Sequence record: OM337876.1
Strand: one strand, 5' to 3'
Length of the DNA stretch: 64,000 bases
From: Klebsiella phage KP182
The notes below the pieces were generated by a model, which had not been told where the DNA came from, did not search any database, and was given only the letters and a program-made list of their open reading frames with translations. The position numbers and the translations under genes are program-made. How positions within the stretch are numbered: position 1 is the stretch's first letter; each line of letters starts with the position of its first letter. Below are positions 19,454-28,866 of the stretch, one piece after another.

Positions 19454-19727
19454 TATCGAGTTGTATCCTCATACGGTTAGCGTATTCTTCACCTGCTGAA
19501 CGTCCTAAAGAATCGCAATCTTTAGAACAAGACTCGCTCTTCCATTTACTTTGTATGAAAGAATAGAACTGTTCAGACTCTTGCTTACTAGGCTCCTTAA
19601 ATTTAGCATAAACTTGTAGAGCTCCCTCAACATACGAATTATAATCTGAAATGTCGTCGTGTGATGCAGCTGGGAATGAAATCCCGCAGCCCAACACCAG
19701 GGCTAAGCAAATGTGATTAAAGGCCAT
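19440..19727 (-). CDS. rI: lysis-inhibition regulator RI
   Basis: 95-aa ORF with an N-terminal signal anchor and an SEQFYSFI block matching T4 RI. It lies in the nrdC-tk region as in T4. Confidence 0.7.
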   Translation of the reverse strand: MAFNHICLALVLGCGISFPAASHDDISDYNSYVEGALQVYAKFKEPSKQESEQFYSFIQSKWKSESCSKDCDSLGRSAGEEYANRMRIQLDNEVQ

Positions 19728-19738
19728 ACAGCCTCCTA

Positions 19739-19957
19739 TTATTTTTGTCCAGTATTACGTTTGTGCTGAAGTACAGCCTTAACTTCTTTGAGGTATTTTT
19801 CCAGCTTACGTTTACGGGTATAATCTGCTTTTGAACTATGTTGACGAATTTCTTCCTGAAGGTGCGAAATACCATGCCCAATCTCACGACGAAGTTCGTC
19901 CAGCTGCTCTACAGTAAGATTACGAAGTTGCTTTTCACTTAAATGCTGCATATACAC
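19739..19957 (-). CDS. hypothetical protein
   Basis: 72-aa ORF. Confidence 0.35.
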   Translation of the reverse strand: MYMQHLSEKQLRNLTVEQLDELRREIGHGISHLQEEIRQHSSKADYTRKRKLEKYLKEVKAVLQHKRNTGQK

Positions 19958-19997
19958 CTCATCAGTTAGTAATAGTATTTATATAAGTATGTGTTAC

Positions 19998-20381
19998 TTA
20001 ATCCCAAAGCCATTCGCAGATGCCTTGCTCAATGGTTCTAGCACCAGCTTCGTCCCAGTTATATTCTTCATCATACTTCAATGCACGCTTAATTTCGGCT
20101 TTATGAAATAAACGCGGAACTGGCATTGCATAGCGCGTCCAGCGCAGAGTTTTCCAGAATCCATCACGCTTTGATTTAGCGGTCAGTTTCTTGGCCTCTA
20201 ACGGTCTTTCCCTGTTTTCAGAAATACGCAATTCTACATATTTCTGTTGAGTTTCTTTATCTTTCTGAGTTTTAACGTATTCGTTATAGCTTTTAATATA
20301 AGCAAATTCGTTATTATTCTGATCGTTCCATTTGGAAGATTTTACTACATGCCAGCCTTTACGGCGAATTGTTCTAGACAT
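19998..20381 (-). CDS. hypothetical protein
   Basis: 127-aa ORF. Confidence 0.4.
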   Translation of the reverse strand: MSRTIRRKGWHVVKSSKWNDQNNNEFAYIKSYNEYVKTQKDKETQQKYVELRISENRERPLEAKKLTAKSKRDGFWKTLRWTRYAMPVPRLFHKAEIKRALKYDEEYNWDEAGARTIEQGICEWLWD

Positions 20382-20665
20382 TATTACCTCGTTAAGTTAA
20401 ATTACCTCAACGATAGTAAAATCCTGATTTGAAAAATTTAATATTCATGAATAGATGACCTTGCATTTACATTTTGGACATTCAGGTTCTTTGGTTTTAA
20501 GACGCTTGGTAGCAGTCTTTGGAGCAGTGTTGTAATCATATACATGAAGACAACGATAGCACATCACATATTTTTTCATATTAAACCAATAACGAAAGCA
20601 ATATTACGTATAGTAAAAACCCAATCACGAGTACTAGTACTATACCACCCGCTATAGCAAATAGG

Positions 20666-20869
20666 CTACTCATGTTTAATATAACACCCATTCGTATTAG
20701 CAATAAAGTCTTTACCCTGTGCCAATACTTTACATTCGGAATTAAGACGATTTTGAAGTTCTTCTCGTCTATCGCTTTGAATAGATGCTGCTACACCCAT
20801 CCAAATGAATAACATACTTAAAACTAGCATCAGGAGAGTATTATACGTTCTTGGCTTCATCATAAGCAC
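20666..20869 (-). CDS. small membrane protein
   Basis: 67-aa ORF with one transmembrane segment. Confidence 0.4.
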   Translation of the reverse strand: MLMMKPRTYNTLLMLVLSMLFIWMGVAASIQSDRREELQNRLNSECKVLAQGKDFIANTNGCYIKHE

Positions 20870-21440
20870 CTACCAGTTCGCACCAGTGTTTACGACAAAG
20901 AGAAACGTATTTGTCTTCACCACCAAGTTCTACTACTTCACCATCGGTAATAGCATTTCCGTTTTCGTCAATACGAGCTACCATTGTAGCCTTACGTCCA
21001 CAGTGGCAAACGCCCTTGAGCTCAACAAGTTTATCGGCTACAGAAAGAAGAGCTTTAGAACCTTCGAATAACTCGCCGCGAAAATCAGTGCGAAGCCCAT
21101 ATGCCATTACTGGAACATCATACAAGTCAACGATTTTACATAGCTGAAGAACATGTTCAGCAGTCAAGAATTGTGCTTCATCTACAAATACACAATGAAT
21201 ATCACGTTGTGTTTGTGCCCACTTGAAAAATTCAAGTATGTCAATAGATTCGTCTACTGTATTAGCTTCATGACGTAGACCAATACGAGAAGTAACTTCC
21301 GTTGCCGAATCCCGAGTATCAATAGCAGGTTTCAGAATGAGAGTTCCCATTCCTCGTTCTTTATAGTTATGAGCTGCTGTAAGAAGGTTAGCTGATTTGC
21401 CTGCATTCATACTCGCGTAGTTGAAATAAAGCTGAGCCAT
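20841..21440 (-). CDS. tk: thymidine kinase
   Basis: 199-aa ORF (MNAGKSANLL P-loop; CxxC...CRKHW zinc site) with high identity to T4 tk. Confidence 0.95.
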   Translation of the reverse strand: MAQLYFNYASMNAGKSANLLTAAHNYKERGMGTLILKPAIDTRDSATEVTSRIGLRHEANTVDESIDILEFFKWAQTQRDIHCVFVDEAQFLTAEHVLQLCKIVDLYDVPVMAYGLRTDFRGELFEGSKALLSVADKLVELKGVCHCGRKATMVARIDENGNAITDGEVVELGGEDKYVSLCRKHWCELVGAYDEAKNV

Positions 21441-21631
21441 TAAAGAGTCTCCATAAAATCAGAAATAGCTTTCTTAGAACGGATGAGTTCATCGTATTCT
21501 TCTGGTAGTCCATTTCCGTAAATGGAACTAATAGCTACTACTTGCTCAGCACCTGCATAATCATCAATCAACTGCCACAGTTTAGTTTTTTGCTCTTTAG
21601 TAATCATCTATTTACCTCTAACAAAACAGAT

Positions 21632-22099
21632 TTAGCATTTAGCCTCTTCATATTCTACCACCGTAATGTCAATATCAGGGGTTGCTAAATTAATAAGTTT
21701 CTCAATTAGTTCCCAATCACCGCCAGCAATACCAGCTCCAATTTTTGGAATGTATAGAGGACGATTATAAACAACACGACCAGAATTTAGCTCATGGAAT
21801 GCATTAAAAATTGCGCCGTAATCAACATTTGGACCTGGCGCATACTGGGTGTATAGATTATAGCAATATGCAGTGCCGTTCTTGTGGGTAGCTCGTGTAT
21901 GAGTTCCAAGCTTAGCTAAATTGTTGTCATAATAACGGTCTTCATCGATGTCAATATTTAAAATCGGCGGATATGCTTTAGCAAGCTGTCCAGCTACACC
22001 GGCACCCATTGTAGTAAAGCAATTACATCCATGAGCAATATCACATTCATTCTTCATGAATAGTTCTACAATATTACCCTTGATATATCCAGTAATCAT
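21632..22099 (-). CDS. macro-domain-like protein (putative ADP-ribose binding/hydrolase)
   Basis: 155-aa ORF with HGCNCFTTMGAGVAGQL and IGAGIAGGDWE blocks resembling macro/Appr-1-p processing folds. Confidence 0.45.
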   Translation of the reverse strand: MITGYIKGNIVELFMKNECDIAHGCNCFTTMGAGVAGQLAKAYPPILNIDIDEDRYYDNNLAKLGTHTRATHKNGTAYCYNLYTQYAPGPNVDYGAIFNAFHELNSGRVVYNRPLYIPKIGAGIAGGDWELIEKLINLATPDIDITVVEYEEAKC

Positions 22100-22107
22100 T
22101 TATTCAC

Positions 22108-22500
22108 CTACGGAATTTTATAAGTTGCATATTCATTAAGATTATTGTATACTCTTAAAAATATAGCATTGTTACAGTTAAGGATAGGGTTTAACACGCC
22201 TTGTTCTTTAGGGTGCATTACTCCGTCAATAGAAACGCCATCGCTCTGCATTCCACATCCACGAGCATTATATTCGACAAGTGGAACTATCACCTGGTCA
22301 TCTTTATCTTGATAATTATAAAATGACATTAGCAATTTTCTGCTGCTAGGAACAAATGCTATTTCAATGTTGTTCTTGAATGGGCCATTGCTTTCTATTT
22401 TAGTACCCTGTGCTGCAAGTACAGTTTCAGGATAGCCTGGGAGCTTTTCCCAGGCATTAACTGAAAATGCGCAGCATAATAAAATAGCCGCTTTTTTCAT
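22108..22500 (-). CDS. secreted/periplasmic protein
   Basis: 130-aa ORF with an N-terminal signal peptide (MKKAAILLCCAFSVNA). Confidence 0.45.
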   Translation of the reverse strand: MKKAAILLCCAFSVNAWEKLPGYPETVLAAQGTKIESNGPFKNNIEIAFVPSSRKLLMSFYNYQDKDDQVIVPLVEYNARGCGMQSDGVSIDGVMHPKEQGVLNPILNCNNAIFLRVYNNLNEYATYKIP

Positions 22501-22817
22501 TTTGACGATAGTCCTGACATATAACGAGCCATTAATTGGTCACGATACATTAAACATATATTTTCGTTAGGAGCATTGACACATAAATCTTTCATGCTCT
22601 TAGCCTTACGATTTATTAGTGTTGTCCACTGGGCCGGGCTACGTGAATCTTTTACTCCATCGCTGAATGCTGAATCTAATTCAAGCGCTAATATATCAAC
22701 GCATTCAGAGTTCGTATTGCAAAATGTTTTAGCGATACGAAGTGAATCTGTCATTGAATTTTCAGCATTAGCAGAGAATGCCAATACCAATCCAAGAAGC
22801 GCGGCGTACTTTACCAT
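22497..22817 (-). CDS. secreted/periplasmic protein
   Basis: 106-aa ORF with a signal peptide (MVKYAALLGLVLAFSANA). Confidence 0.45.
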   Translation of the reverse strand: MVKYAALLGLVLAFSANAENSMTDSLRIAKTFCNTNSECVDILALELDSAFSDGVKDSRSPAQWTTLINRKAKSMKDLCVNAPNENICLMYRDQLMARYMSGLSSK

Positions 22818-23362
22818 TATTCCACCTTTATATGTAGCATTTTATGTTTTTTTAAGAAATTAGCTTTCTCTAGGACATCTGATGCATAAGAGTTTCCTCT
22901 TTTGACATTCCATCCTGCGTTATAACTAGCAAGAGCTTTTCGCATATTGCCGTTATGTATATTTAACCAATATGAAAGCTCAATATATGCCCATTCCGCG
23001 GAATTCTGTCTAGATTTAAGCATTTTTCTTATTTCAGAATCACTAAGGTTTTTGCCCTCTAATTTAGCTCTGGCTTTAACCGTAGGCAAGTAATTTTGAA
23101 ATACCCCATAAGAATGATGCCCCTTTCCTGCTTTTAAATTGGCTCCTGCCGAAGATTCTTTCCATGATATAGCAGCCATTATATATCCTAAGCCGTTATT
23201 ATCATATCGGTTATGCGGAGATTTTTCCTTTCCGGATTTTTGATATTGCTCACCAAAATTATATGCGTAATGCAAGTTGTCAAGTTGAACATTACTGAAA
23301 GTTGGCTCAGACCCAAAGGCCGTTGAACACAAGGCCATTAGACCGATAAGCGCTTTTTTCAT
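22817..23362 (-). CDS. secreted protein with lytic-transglycosylase-like motif
   Basis: 181-aa ORF with a signal peptide. An ES-x-AGANL-x-GKGHHSYGVFQ block resembles the SLT family. Confidence 0.4.
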   Translation of the reverse strand: MKKALIGLMALCSTAFGSEPTFSNVQLDNLHYAYNFGEQYQKSGKEKSPHNRYDNNGLGYIMAAISWKESSAGANLKAGKGHHSYGVFQNYLPTVKARAKLEGKNLSDSEIRKMLKSRQNSAEWAYIELSYWLNIHNGNMRKALASYNAGWNVKRGNSYASDVLEKANFLKKHKMLHIKVE

Positions 23363-23369
23363 GTTTACC

Positions 23370-23828
23370 TCAATTAATGTGTATAACTTTTGTGCTGATT
23401 TTACCTTTCAAACGTTTATCATTAACGAATGCCATACGACACTTTATACTAGGTCCTTTTCCCGGTCTTGGAACATCCATAGTAAACCCTAGCCACAGAT
23501 TTCCATCCGTAATTTCTAACCGCATTGGCTTATACTCGATGTTTTCATCAATGTCTTTTGGGTCAATTGGAAGCCAAGGCATTGCTAAGAATTCATTAAT
23601 TTCTTTAAGATGATTAGGAATTTTGGAAAGAACAGAGAATACATACTCTTCATCAATTTCACGTTGGATAGCACGGTCCAACAAATGATCAGAGTACTTA
23701 GTGAAGAAAGGCTCTTTGCCCTCAGCCTTAGCTCGGGCACGAACTGATAAATTCAAAGAGCGAAAAGCTTCCTCAAACTTACGGCGCAGTTTAGTTCTGC
23801 GAATGAATACTTCTGGGTTAGTTGACAT
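23370..23828 (-). CDS. regB: RegB endoribonuclease
   Basis: 152-aa ORF matching T4 RegB (EVFIRR.KLRR.FE...HLLDRAIQREIDE.YVF...EITDGNLWLGFT). A GGAG Shine-Dalgarno sits upstream. Confidence 0.9.
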   Translation of the reverse strand: MSTNPEVFIRRTKLRRKFEEAFRSLNLSVRARAKAEGKEPFFTKYSDHLLDRAIQREIDEEYVFSVLSKIPNHLKEINEFLAMPWLPIDPKDIDENIEYKPMRLEITDGNLWLGFTMDVPRPGKGPSIKCRMAFVNDKRLKGKISTKVIHIN

Positions 23829-23854
23829 AGTTCATTCTCCTTTGTTTGTAGGGC

Positions 23855-23885
23855 CATAGTATCATGGCCCGTAAGGAAAGTAAAC
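23855..23885 (-). promoter_or_regulatory. T4-type early promoter with -10 inside a 7-bp perfect palindrome
   Basis: GTTTAC, 15 nt, TGATACTATG. The flanking GGGCCAT/ATGGCCC inverted repeat is at 23851-23870. Confidence 0.6.
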
Positions 23886-23891
23886 TACTTT

Positions 23892-24173
23892 TTAATATTT
23901 TTCTTCTGGCTGAAACACTGAACGACACGCCCACATAGAAGCTTCCTTCAAGTGTTGAATCGCGTTGCGAATTTGAGTAATACGCTCATGTGCTAAATCA
24001 AATTCTTTGTCGCTCATTGTGCTAACATCTAAATTCATGTATTTTTCAACATGCTCTTCTTCCAATGCTTTAAAAATTAATCCAAGACGAATTTCCGCGT
24101 CTTTGATAGCATTTACTTTACCAATCTTTTCATCGGTATGTGGCTTATATCCTTTGATATCTTCAATTGCCAT
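23892..24173 (-). CDS. hypothetical 93-aa protein (vs.x position; candidate Acb2/Vs.4-like)
   Basis: Size and position (between regB and ipIII in the vs region) are compatible with T4 Vs.4. No sequence comparison was possible. Confidence 0.3.
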   Translation of the reverse strand: MAIEDIKGYKPHTDEKIGKVNAIKDAEIRLGLIFKALEEEHVEKYMNLDVSTMSDKEFDLAHERITQIRNAIQHLKEASMWACRSVFQPEEKY

Positions 24174-24535
24174 TATAGTGCCTCTGTGAAAGTACGGGCG
24201 ATAACGTCGCGCTGCTGTTCTGGTGTCAGGGAGTTAAAGCGCACCGCGTAGCCGGAAACACGAATGGTAAGCTGCGGGTATTTTTCCGGATGCTCAACCG
24301 CGTCCAGCAGAGTTTCGCGACGCAGCACGTTAACGTTCAGGTGCTGACCGCCTTCAATTTTTACCGTTGGCTGGTATTCAATTTCTACTTCACGAGCCTT
24401 GTAGCCATAAAAAGTTTCAGCATCCGTAATAGTATCTTCTTTAAGAACTTTTGAAACGATTACTCGTGCGTCATCACCATCTTCGATGTAAATGGTGCCT
24501 TTAAGTTCACCTTCAAGAATTTGATATGCTTTCAT
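24173..24535 (-). CDS. grcA-like: autonomous glycyl radical cofactor (GrcA/YfiD-like)
   Basis: The C-terminal 60 aa are essentially identical to E. coli GrcA ([57 protein letters not shown]). Confidence 0.9.
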   Translation of the reverse strand: MKAYQILEGELKGTIYIEDGDDARVIVSKVLKEDTITDAETFYGYKAREVEIEYQPTVKIEGGQHLNVNVLRRETLLDAVEHPEKYPQLTIRVSGYAVRFNSLTPEQQRDVIARTFTEAL

Positions 24536-24543
24536 ATTTCCTC

Positions 24544-24888
24544 TTAATTAGATTCTTTATTCCAACCGTGCATATATGCAGTAACTACACTCATTTTATT
24601 CCATTCGTCTGAATGAAACTTCGCAGCTGCTTCTAGATAAGTTATTTTATCTTCGTGATAAGTAACTTCTTCATCAGTTTCTTTATCGTATTCCACAATT
24701 TCAATAGGCTCGTCAACTCCATATCCGCGAGTGCCTATATACGTTGTGGCTTCTTCCCACTGTTTGGTTGTTTCATTCCAAGTTCCATTCTGGTGAGCTT
24801 CATAAAAATCTTGCTCACCAGAATTACTGAACCATTCACAGAAGCTCTCGACTAGGTGTGGAGGACACCTTATAACAATTTCAGCCAT
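24544..24888 (-). CDS. hypothetical protein
   Basis: 114-aa acidic, Trp-rich ORF. Confidence 0.4.
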   Translation of the reverse strand: MAEIVIRCPPHLVESFCEWFSNSGEQDFYEAHQNGTWNETTKQWEEATTYIGTRGYGVDEPIEIVEYDKETDEEVTYHEDKITYLEAAAKFHSDEWNKMSVVTAYMHGWNKESN

Positions 24889-25181
24889 TGCATTGTTTTC
24901 TCTTGAATGCGTTGGTCATATGTGATTAAGCTTGAACTAATCACGCCTTTGAGCTTGCCAGATATAAACTCAATTCTAAAATTAGGATAGCGATTCATCC
25001 ACTTCGTGTTAGGAGCATTAGAAATGAATTCTGCGCCTTTGAACGGACCAGACAGAAACTTGTAGCGCTTGTACTCAAGCAGGTTGCCAGCCGTAACCAT
25101 TGTTATTAATTGCTTCATATCGGCAAATCCTGTATTTTCCATTACTGTAATCATATCAACAATTTCTGTCTGTGTCATCAT
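24870..25181 (-). CDS. hypothetical protein
   Basis: 103-aa ORF. Confidence 0.4.
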   Translation of the reverse strand: MMTQTEIVDMITVMENTGFADMKQLITMVTAGNLLEYKRYKFLSGPFKGAEFISNAPNTKWMNRYPNFRIEFISGKLKGVISSSLITYDQRIQEKTMQWLKLL

Positions 25182-25711
25182 TGCATTCCTATCACGAAAA
25201 ATAAAGGTAAGGTATCATTAGGCATAGACCATCTGATAGCTTCCTGGTACATATCATAGAACTTCATCATATCGGGAACTTTCATTGGTTCTTCAATGAT
25301 AATTAATGCTCTTCCAAACTTTCTTCCTCTAAACTTATAAGAGGAATCATTGGATAGAAATTCCCTGATTGTCATCGGAACAATTGATTTAGCTATCTCG
25401 TTAGCCGGTAATTTATTAATTAAATGCGATGAATTATATTCTCGTAGAATACCTTCCATCAGTTCAGATGATTGTGTGTATCGAGTAGATAAGATTATAA
25501 CCGAACCATCTTCAAGCAACCAATCTGTAGCAAATTGGCATAAGGCTGTGGTCTTTCCGGTTTGTCTTCCACCGTCTAGACGAAGGGTACCGTACTCTCG
25601 CATAAGGCAAGACGGTTCATAAAAACTGTAGTTGGGATTATTCAATCGTCTGTCTGCAGCGTCTCTGAAAGCATGCATCAGGGTCAAATAAATGGGAGTT
25701 AAGTGTTTCAT
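25178..25711 (-). CDS. small P-loop NTPase
   Basis: 177-aa ORF with Walker A GGRQTGKTT and Walker-B-like LIIIEEP. Confidence 0.5.
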   Translation of the reverse strand: MKHLTPIYLTLMHAFRDAADRRLNNPNYSFYEPSCLMREYGTLRLDGGRQTGKTTALCQFATDWLLEDGSVIILSTRYTQSSELMEGILREYNSSHLINKLPANEIAKSIVPMTIREFLSNDSSYKFRGRKFGRALIIIEEPMKVPDMMKFYDMYQEAIRWSMPNDTLPLFFVIGMQ

Positions 25712-25889
25712 TTTAGATTCCAGTTAAAGGGGCCATTCCTTGGCACATGTTTAATCCATCGACACACTATGTAAACCCCTTACCGCACTTGGGCTCGACC
25801 TTATTACAGGTAGGAAAAGCTACTTCACTCAGAGGACTCGACGTTCATGAGGAGAGGTCGTGTTCAGCTTTATTAGGAATTAGTTTGAA

Positions 25890-26459
25890 TTAACGGGCTG
25901 CATTAGCAACGGCGTAAGCGTACTGAACATTAGCGTCTTTAAACGTACCTTTAGAGGTATCTAAATCTGCCTTAAATCCGCCTTTAGTCATAATCTCGGC
26001 GAATTCTTTACGGAAGGCCATGGCGTCAAGATTTTTCCATGTTGATTTGTGCTTGGCAAATTCACGACCAGCGAAGTTGACAGCCTTAGCCAATTTATTA
26101 TCAATAACCCATTTACCAGCTTTAGGCACAAACACCGGGCCTTTCTGCTTAGAGAATAGTTTTAAATTCCAGCGCCGAAGGTCTCCATCAGCTTTAACAA
26201 AATCTGGGTCCAAGTTACTAGCAACAACATCTTGAATATGGCCAAATTTAAGTCCATCAACTTCAATATTTAGGTCGTTACGCCAGCGAAGTCCTTCCCA
26301 GGCGAAGGCTTTAAAGTCTGAAGCCTTTGTAGCTAAATACCGCTCAATAGGAGCTGTTTTAGGGTCAAAGCCGTTTCCTCGGTAGGTCCACTCATCTTTA
26401 TTAATGCCATTGACCTTTCCTGCATAAGCTTCAGTAATAAATTCTTTATATGTTTTCAT
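25890..26459 (-). CDS. ipIII: internal protein (IPIII/IPII-like) with capsid targeting sequence
   Basis: 189-aa ORF whose N-terminus MKTYKEFITEA matches the T4 internal-protein capsid-targeting leader. It lies adjacent to e as in T4. Confidence 0.75.
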   Translation of the reverse strand: MKTYKEFITEAYAGKVNGINKDEWTYRGNGFDPKTAPIERYLATKASDFKAFAWEGLRWRNDLNIEVDGLKFGHIQDVVASNLDPDFVKADGDLRRWNLKLFSKQKGPVFVPKAGKWVIDNKLAKAVNFAGREFAKHKSTWKNLDAMAFRKEFAEIMTKGGFKADLDTSKGTFKDANVQYAYAVANAAR

Positions 26460-26510
26460 TTTATATCCTTTAAGTTAATACGTGTCATAGTAGCCTCCAT
26501 TTAATAAGGC

Positions 26511-26541
26511 TACTATACCACATTACCGTCTCAATGTAAAC
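26511..26541 (-). promoter_or_regulatory. T4-type early promoter
   Basis: GTTTAC, 15 nt, TGGTATAGT. The -10 overlaps an 8-bp inverted repeat (TAGTAGCC...GGCTACTA, 26486-26513). Confidence 0.55.
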
Positions 26542-27020
26542 TACTTAATTGATTTAGCGTAACGAATAGCGCCGCGATCGTTTACGAACGCAATTTTACC
26601 ATTACGCATGTACATTGTAACAGTACGCTGGTAACCGTTAGAAGTTTTGCCAGACTGATAACCTACTAATGCAAAGTTATCTTCACCAGGTTTGTTCTGC
26701 TTAGACTTAATACGCTCATGACCATGCGCCATTAAGGTGCGTGCATCGCCAGATGCTACTGCTTTGCGAGAAGACTCATCTTCAATAGAAGAGGTGAAAT
26801 CATCAAATGAATCAAACTTGGCATGGCTCTTATTGTATAACTTGCCGTCTACTACGTAGTTATATCCAACAACGTCCATTTCAATTTCTGTACCATCTTC
26901 TAGCGTGGCGGTCATCTTCTGACCTTTTTTAAATTTCAGAAGATTGCTTCCAACAGATTCAGTCATTACGCCAACTGTTGCTAAACGGGATTCATTTAAA
27001 AATTCTTGATAGGTTTTCAT
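26541..27020 (-). CDS. ipII: internal protein paralog with capsid targeting sequence
   Basis: 159-aa ORF with an MKTYQEFLNES N-terminus. Confidence 0.7.
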   Translation of the reverse strand: MKTYQEFLNESRLATVGVMTESVGSNLLKFKKGQKMTATLEDGTEIEMDVVGYNYVVDGKLYNKSHAKFDSFDDFTSSIEDESSRKAVASGDARTLMAHGHERIKSKQNKPGEDNFALVGYQSGKTSNGYQRTVTMYMRNGKIAFVNDRGAIRYAKSIK

Positions 27021-27515
27021 TTATTTTCCTTGATAAGCAGACCAAGTTCCGGTCCGCATTGTTTCAATTACACGACGAGCACGATTAGGCGTCTGACGAT
27101 ACCAACGTGAATTTGCCAGTTCTTTGGCAGCAGCATCCCATTTTTTAGCAGCTAAGAGCTTCATGGAAGCAGGGAATCCAGCGACACCACCTACACCCAT
27201 TTGGAATACCATGTTAATTAGAGCTGCTCTACGAACATCATCTAATATATTATATACCGGGCTTAATGTAGCATTAGCTACAATGCCCTTAATTGCTTTT
27301 TCAACATCCTTTGCAAAAATTACTTCTGCCTCGGCCTGAGTAATTTGACCACCAGTAGAACGACCTACCAGTTTGTCCAGATTAGAAATAGCCAAAGATT
27401 TTGACGGGTCTTTAGTCAGTAAGTGACCAATACCGATAGTCCAATACCCTTCGCTATCTTTATAAATTTTGCTGTCGTATCCTTCATCAATACGCAACAT
27501 GCCAAAAATATCCAT
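27021..27515 (-). CDS. e: lysozyme (endolysin)
   Basis: 164-aa ORF highly similar to T4 lysozyme (MLRIDEG...[17 protein letters not shown]; [12 protein letters not shown]; NRA.RVI.T.RTGTW.AY). Confidence 0.97.
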   Translation of the reverse strand: MDIFGMLRIDEGYDSKIYKDSEGYWTIGIGHLLTKDPSKSLAISNLDKLVGRSTGGQITQAEAEVIFAKDVEKAIKGIVANATLSPVYNILDDVRRAALINMVFQMGVGGVAGFPASMKLLAAKKWDAAAKELANSRWYRQTPNRARRVIETMRTGTWSAYQGK

Positions 27516-27521
27516 AAGGAC

Positions 27522-27541
27522 CTCCTATTAATTTATAGGAG
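27522..27541 (-). promoter_or_regulatory. SD-sequestering hairpin with embedded late promoter (TATAAATT) for e
   Basis: Minus strand reads ACTCCTATAAATTAATAGGAGG. The 7-bp stem pairs the AGGAGG Shine-Dalgarno, and TATAAATT lies in the loop/stem. This is the classic T4 e arrangement. Confidence 0.7.
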
Positions 27542-27544
27542 TAT

Positions 27545-27853
27545 TTATTTGGCCCTGCACTTGGCTATGAATAATTCAAGGCTGCACTTCTCGTATGGTG
27601 TCCATTTATCTTTCCACCACACATAATCTCTTCTATCGTCCTCTGGAATTTCATTAAATCCGGGATACAGCTTTTCTGCTATGTAATATGTTGATTTTGT
27701 ATACTCGCCGTCACCGAAGACGTATCGTGATTTCAATAGTATACGCGACATTTTATCTCTAGGATGAAATATGCTAACCCATTTTCCATCGTGAATAAAT
27801 CGTAGCTCATGCTTATAAATGTGTGGAATGCCTAATTCAACGGCTTCTTCCAT
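27545..27853 (-). CDS. hypothetical protein
   Basis: 102-aa ORF between nudE and e. Confidence 0.4.
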   Translation of the reverse strand: MEEAVELGIPHIYKHELRFIHDGKWVSIFHPRDKMSRILLKSRYVFGDGEYTKSTYYIAEKLYPGFNEIPEDDRRDYVWWKDKWTPYEKCSLELFIAKCRAK

Positions 27854-27860
27854 AATAACC

Positions 27861-28322
27861 TCACTGAGCTGTGCTATACATTTGTGTCATGATTTTGTAT
27901 AAACTTGGACCCATTACATATTTCCACTGGCTTGGTTTAATTAAAGCAAATGCATCGATTTCAGGAAAATTAATTCCATTTTCATCTTTATGGTAAGCTG
28001 TACAACGGCAATTTCTAAACATTTCTGGGCTCACAGGGAGCATATATCCAAACAGATGGATATCCTTATTGCTGGCATAATCATGTCGTCCAAGGTCATA
28101 TAAGAGGTCTTGGTCAAACTCGGTAAATCCAGTCTCTTCCTTGCATTCGCGAATAGCAGCTTCTTTTGGTGTTTCACCAGTCTCAACATGTCCTTTTGGA
28201 ATATCCCATCTAGAGCCTCTACCTTGGACATAGGTATTTGTCATACGACCCATGAAAAGCCGTTTGTCATCGGTAAAGAATAAAATTCCTGCACTGAGCT
28301 CTTTCATTGGCATTCGTTCCAA
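27861..28322 (-). CDS. nudE: Nudix hydrolase
   Basis: 153-aa ORF with the Nudix box GHVETGETPKEAAIRECKEETGF. Confidence 0.85.
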   Translation of the reverse strand: MERMPMKELSAGILFFTDDKRLFMGRMTNTYVQGRGSRWDIPKGHVETGETPKEAAIRECKEETGFTEFDQDLLYDLGRHDYASNKDIHLFGYMLPVSPEMFRNCRCTAYHKDENGINFPEIDAFALIKPSQWKYVMGPSLYKIMTQMYSTAQ

Positions 28323-28540
28323 CTTTCTTCAAGAATATCTTCCATGGCAGTATAGACCATAGACTCTAGTACACCATCACAGTTATATGAACCTTCTACC
28401 GAGAAATCACAGATAGGTCCATTAATTCCCAGTAGTTCTTCTTTAAGGTCAATCTCAATAACACTTAGTGATTCATTATCACTATAACACAGAAGGCGTG
28501 TATCACCATTTTCAAATTTTACATGCACTGCAACAGCCAT
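28304..28540 (-). CDS. hypothetical protein
   Basis: 78-aa ORF. Confidence 0.35.
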   Translation of the reverse strand: MAVAVHVKFENGDTRLLCYSDNESLSVIEIDLKEELLGINGPICDFSVEGSYNCDGVLESMVYTAMEDILEESWNECQ

Positions 28541-28866
28541 TATTTCATCTCCTTAATCCAGGATAAAGTTTCACTACGAGAGTCATCTTTAGATTTTTCT
28601 TTCTTTACTTTGGGCTTATCGAATACACCCCTCTGCCGCTGGGAAACGAATTGCAACCACCGGGCAAGTATTGCAAACCAAGTTCCAACACCTGACATCC
28701 AGCCTATGTAATATAACGCATCGCCAAATACTGGAGAAAAGAAGTAGAACCCCCAGAATGTTCCAAATCCAACAAAGGCTGATAATGAAAACCAAATAAG
28801 CAGAAATAGGAAAAAATACCCAGGCTCATCACATTTAATCATTCCACGGTAACAAGTCTTAATCAT
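28540..28866 (-). CDS. small membrane protein
   Basis: 108-aa ORF with two or three transmembrane segments. Confidence 0.45.
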   Translation of the reverse strand: MIKTCYRGMIKCDEPGYFFLFLLIWFSLSAFVGFGTFWGFYFFSPVFGDALYYIGWMSGVGTWFAILARWLQFVSQRQRGVFDKPKVKKEKSKDDSRSETLSWIKEMK

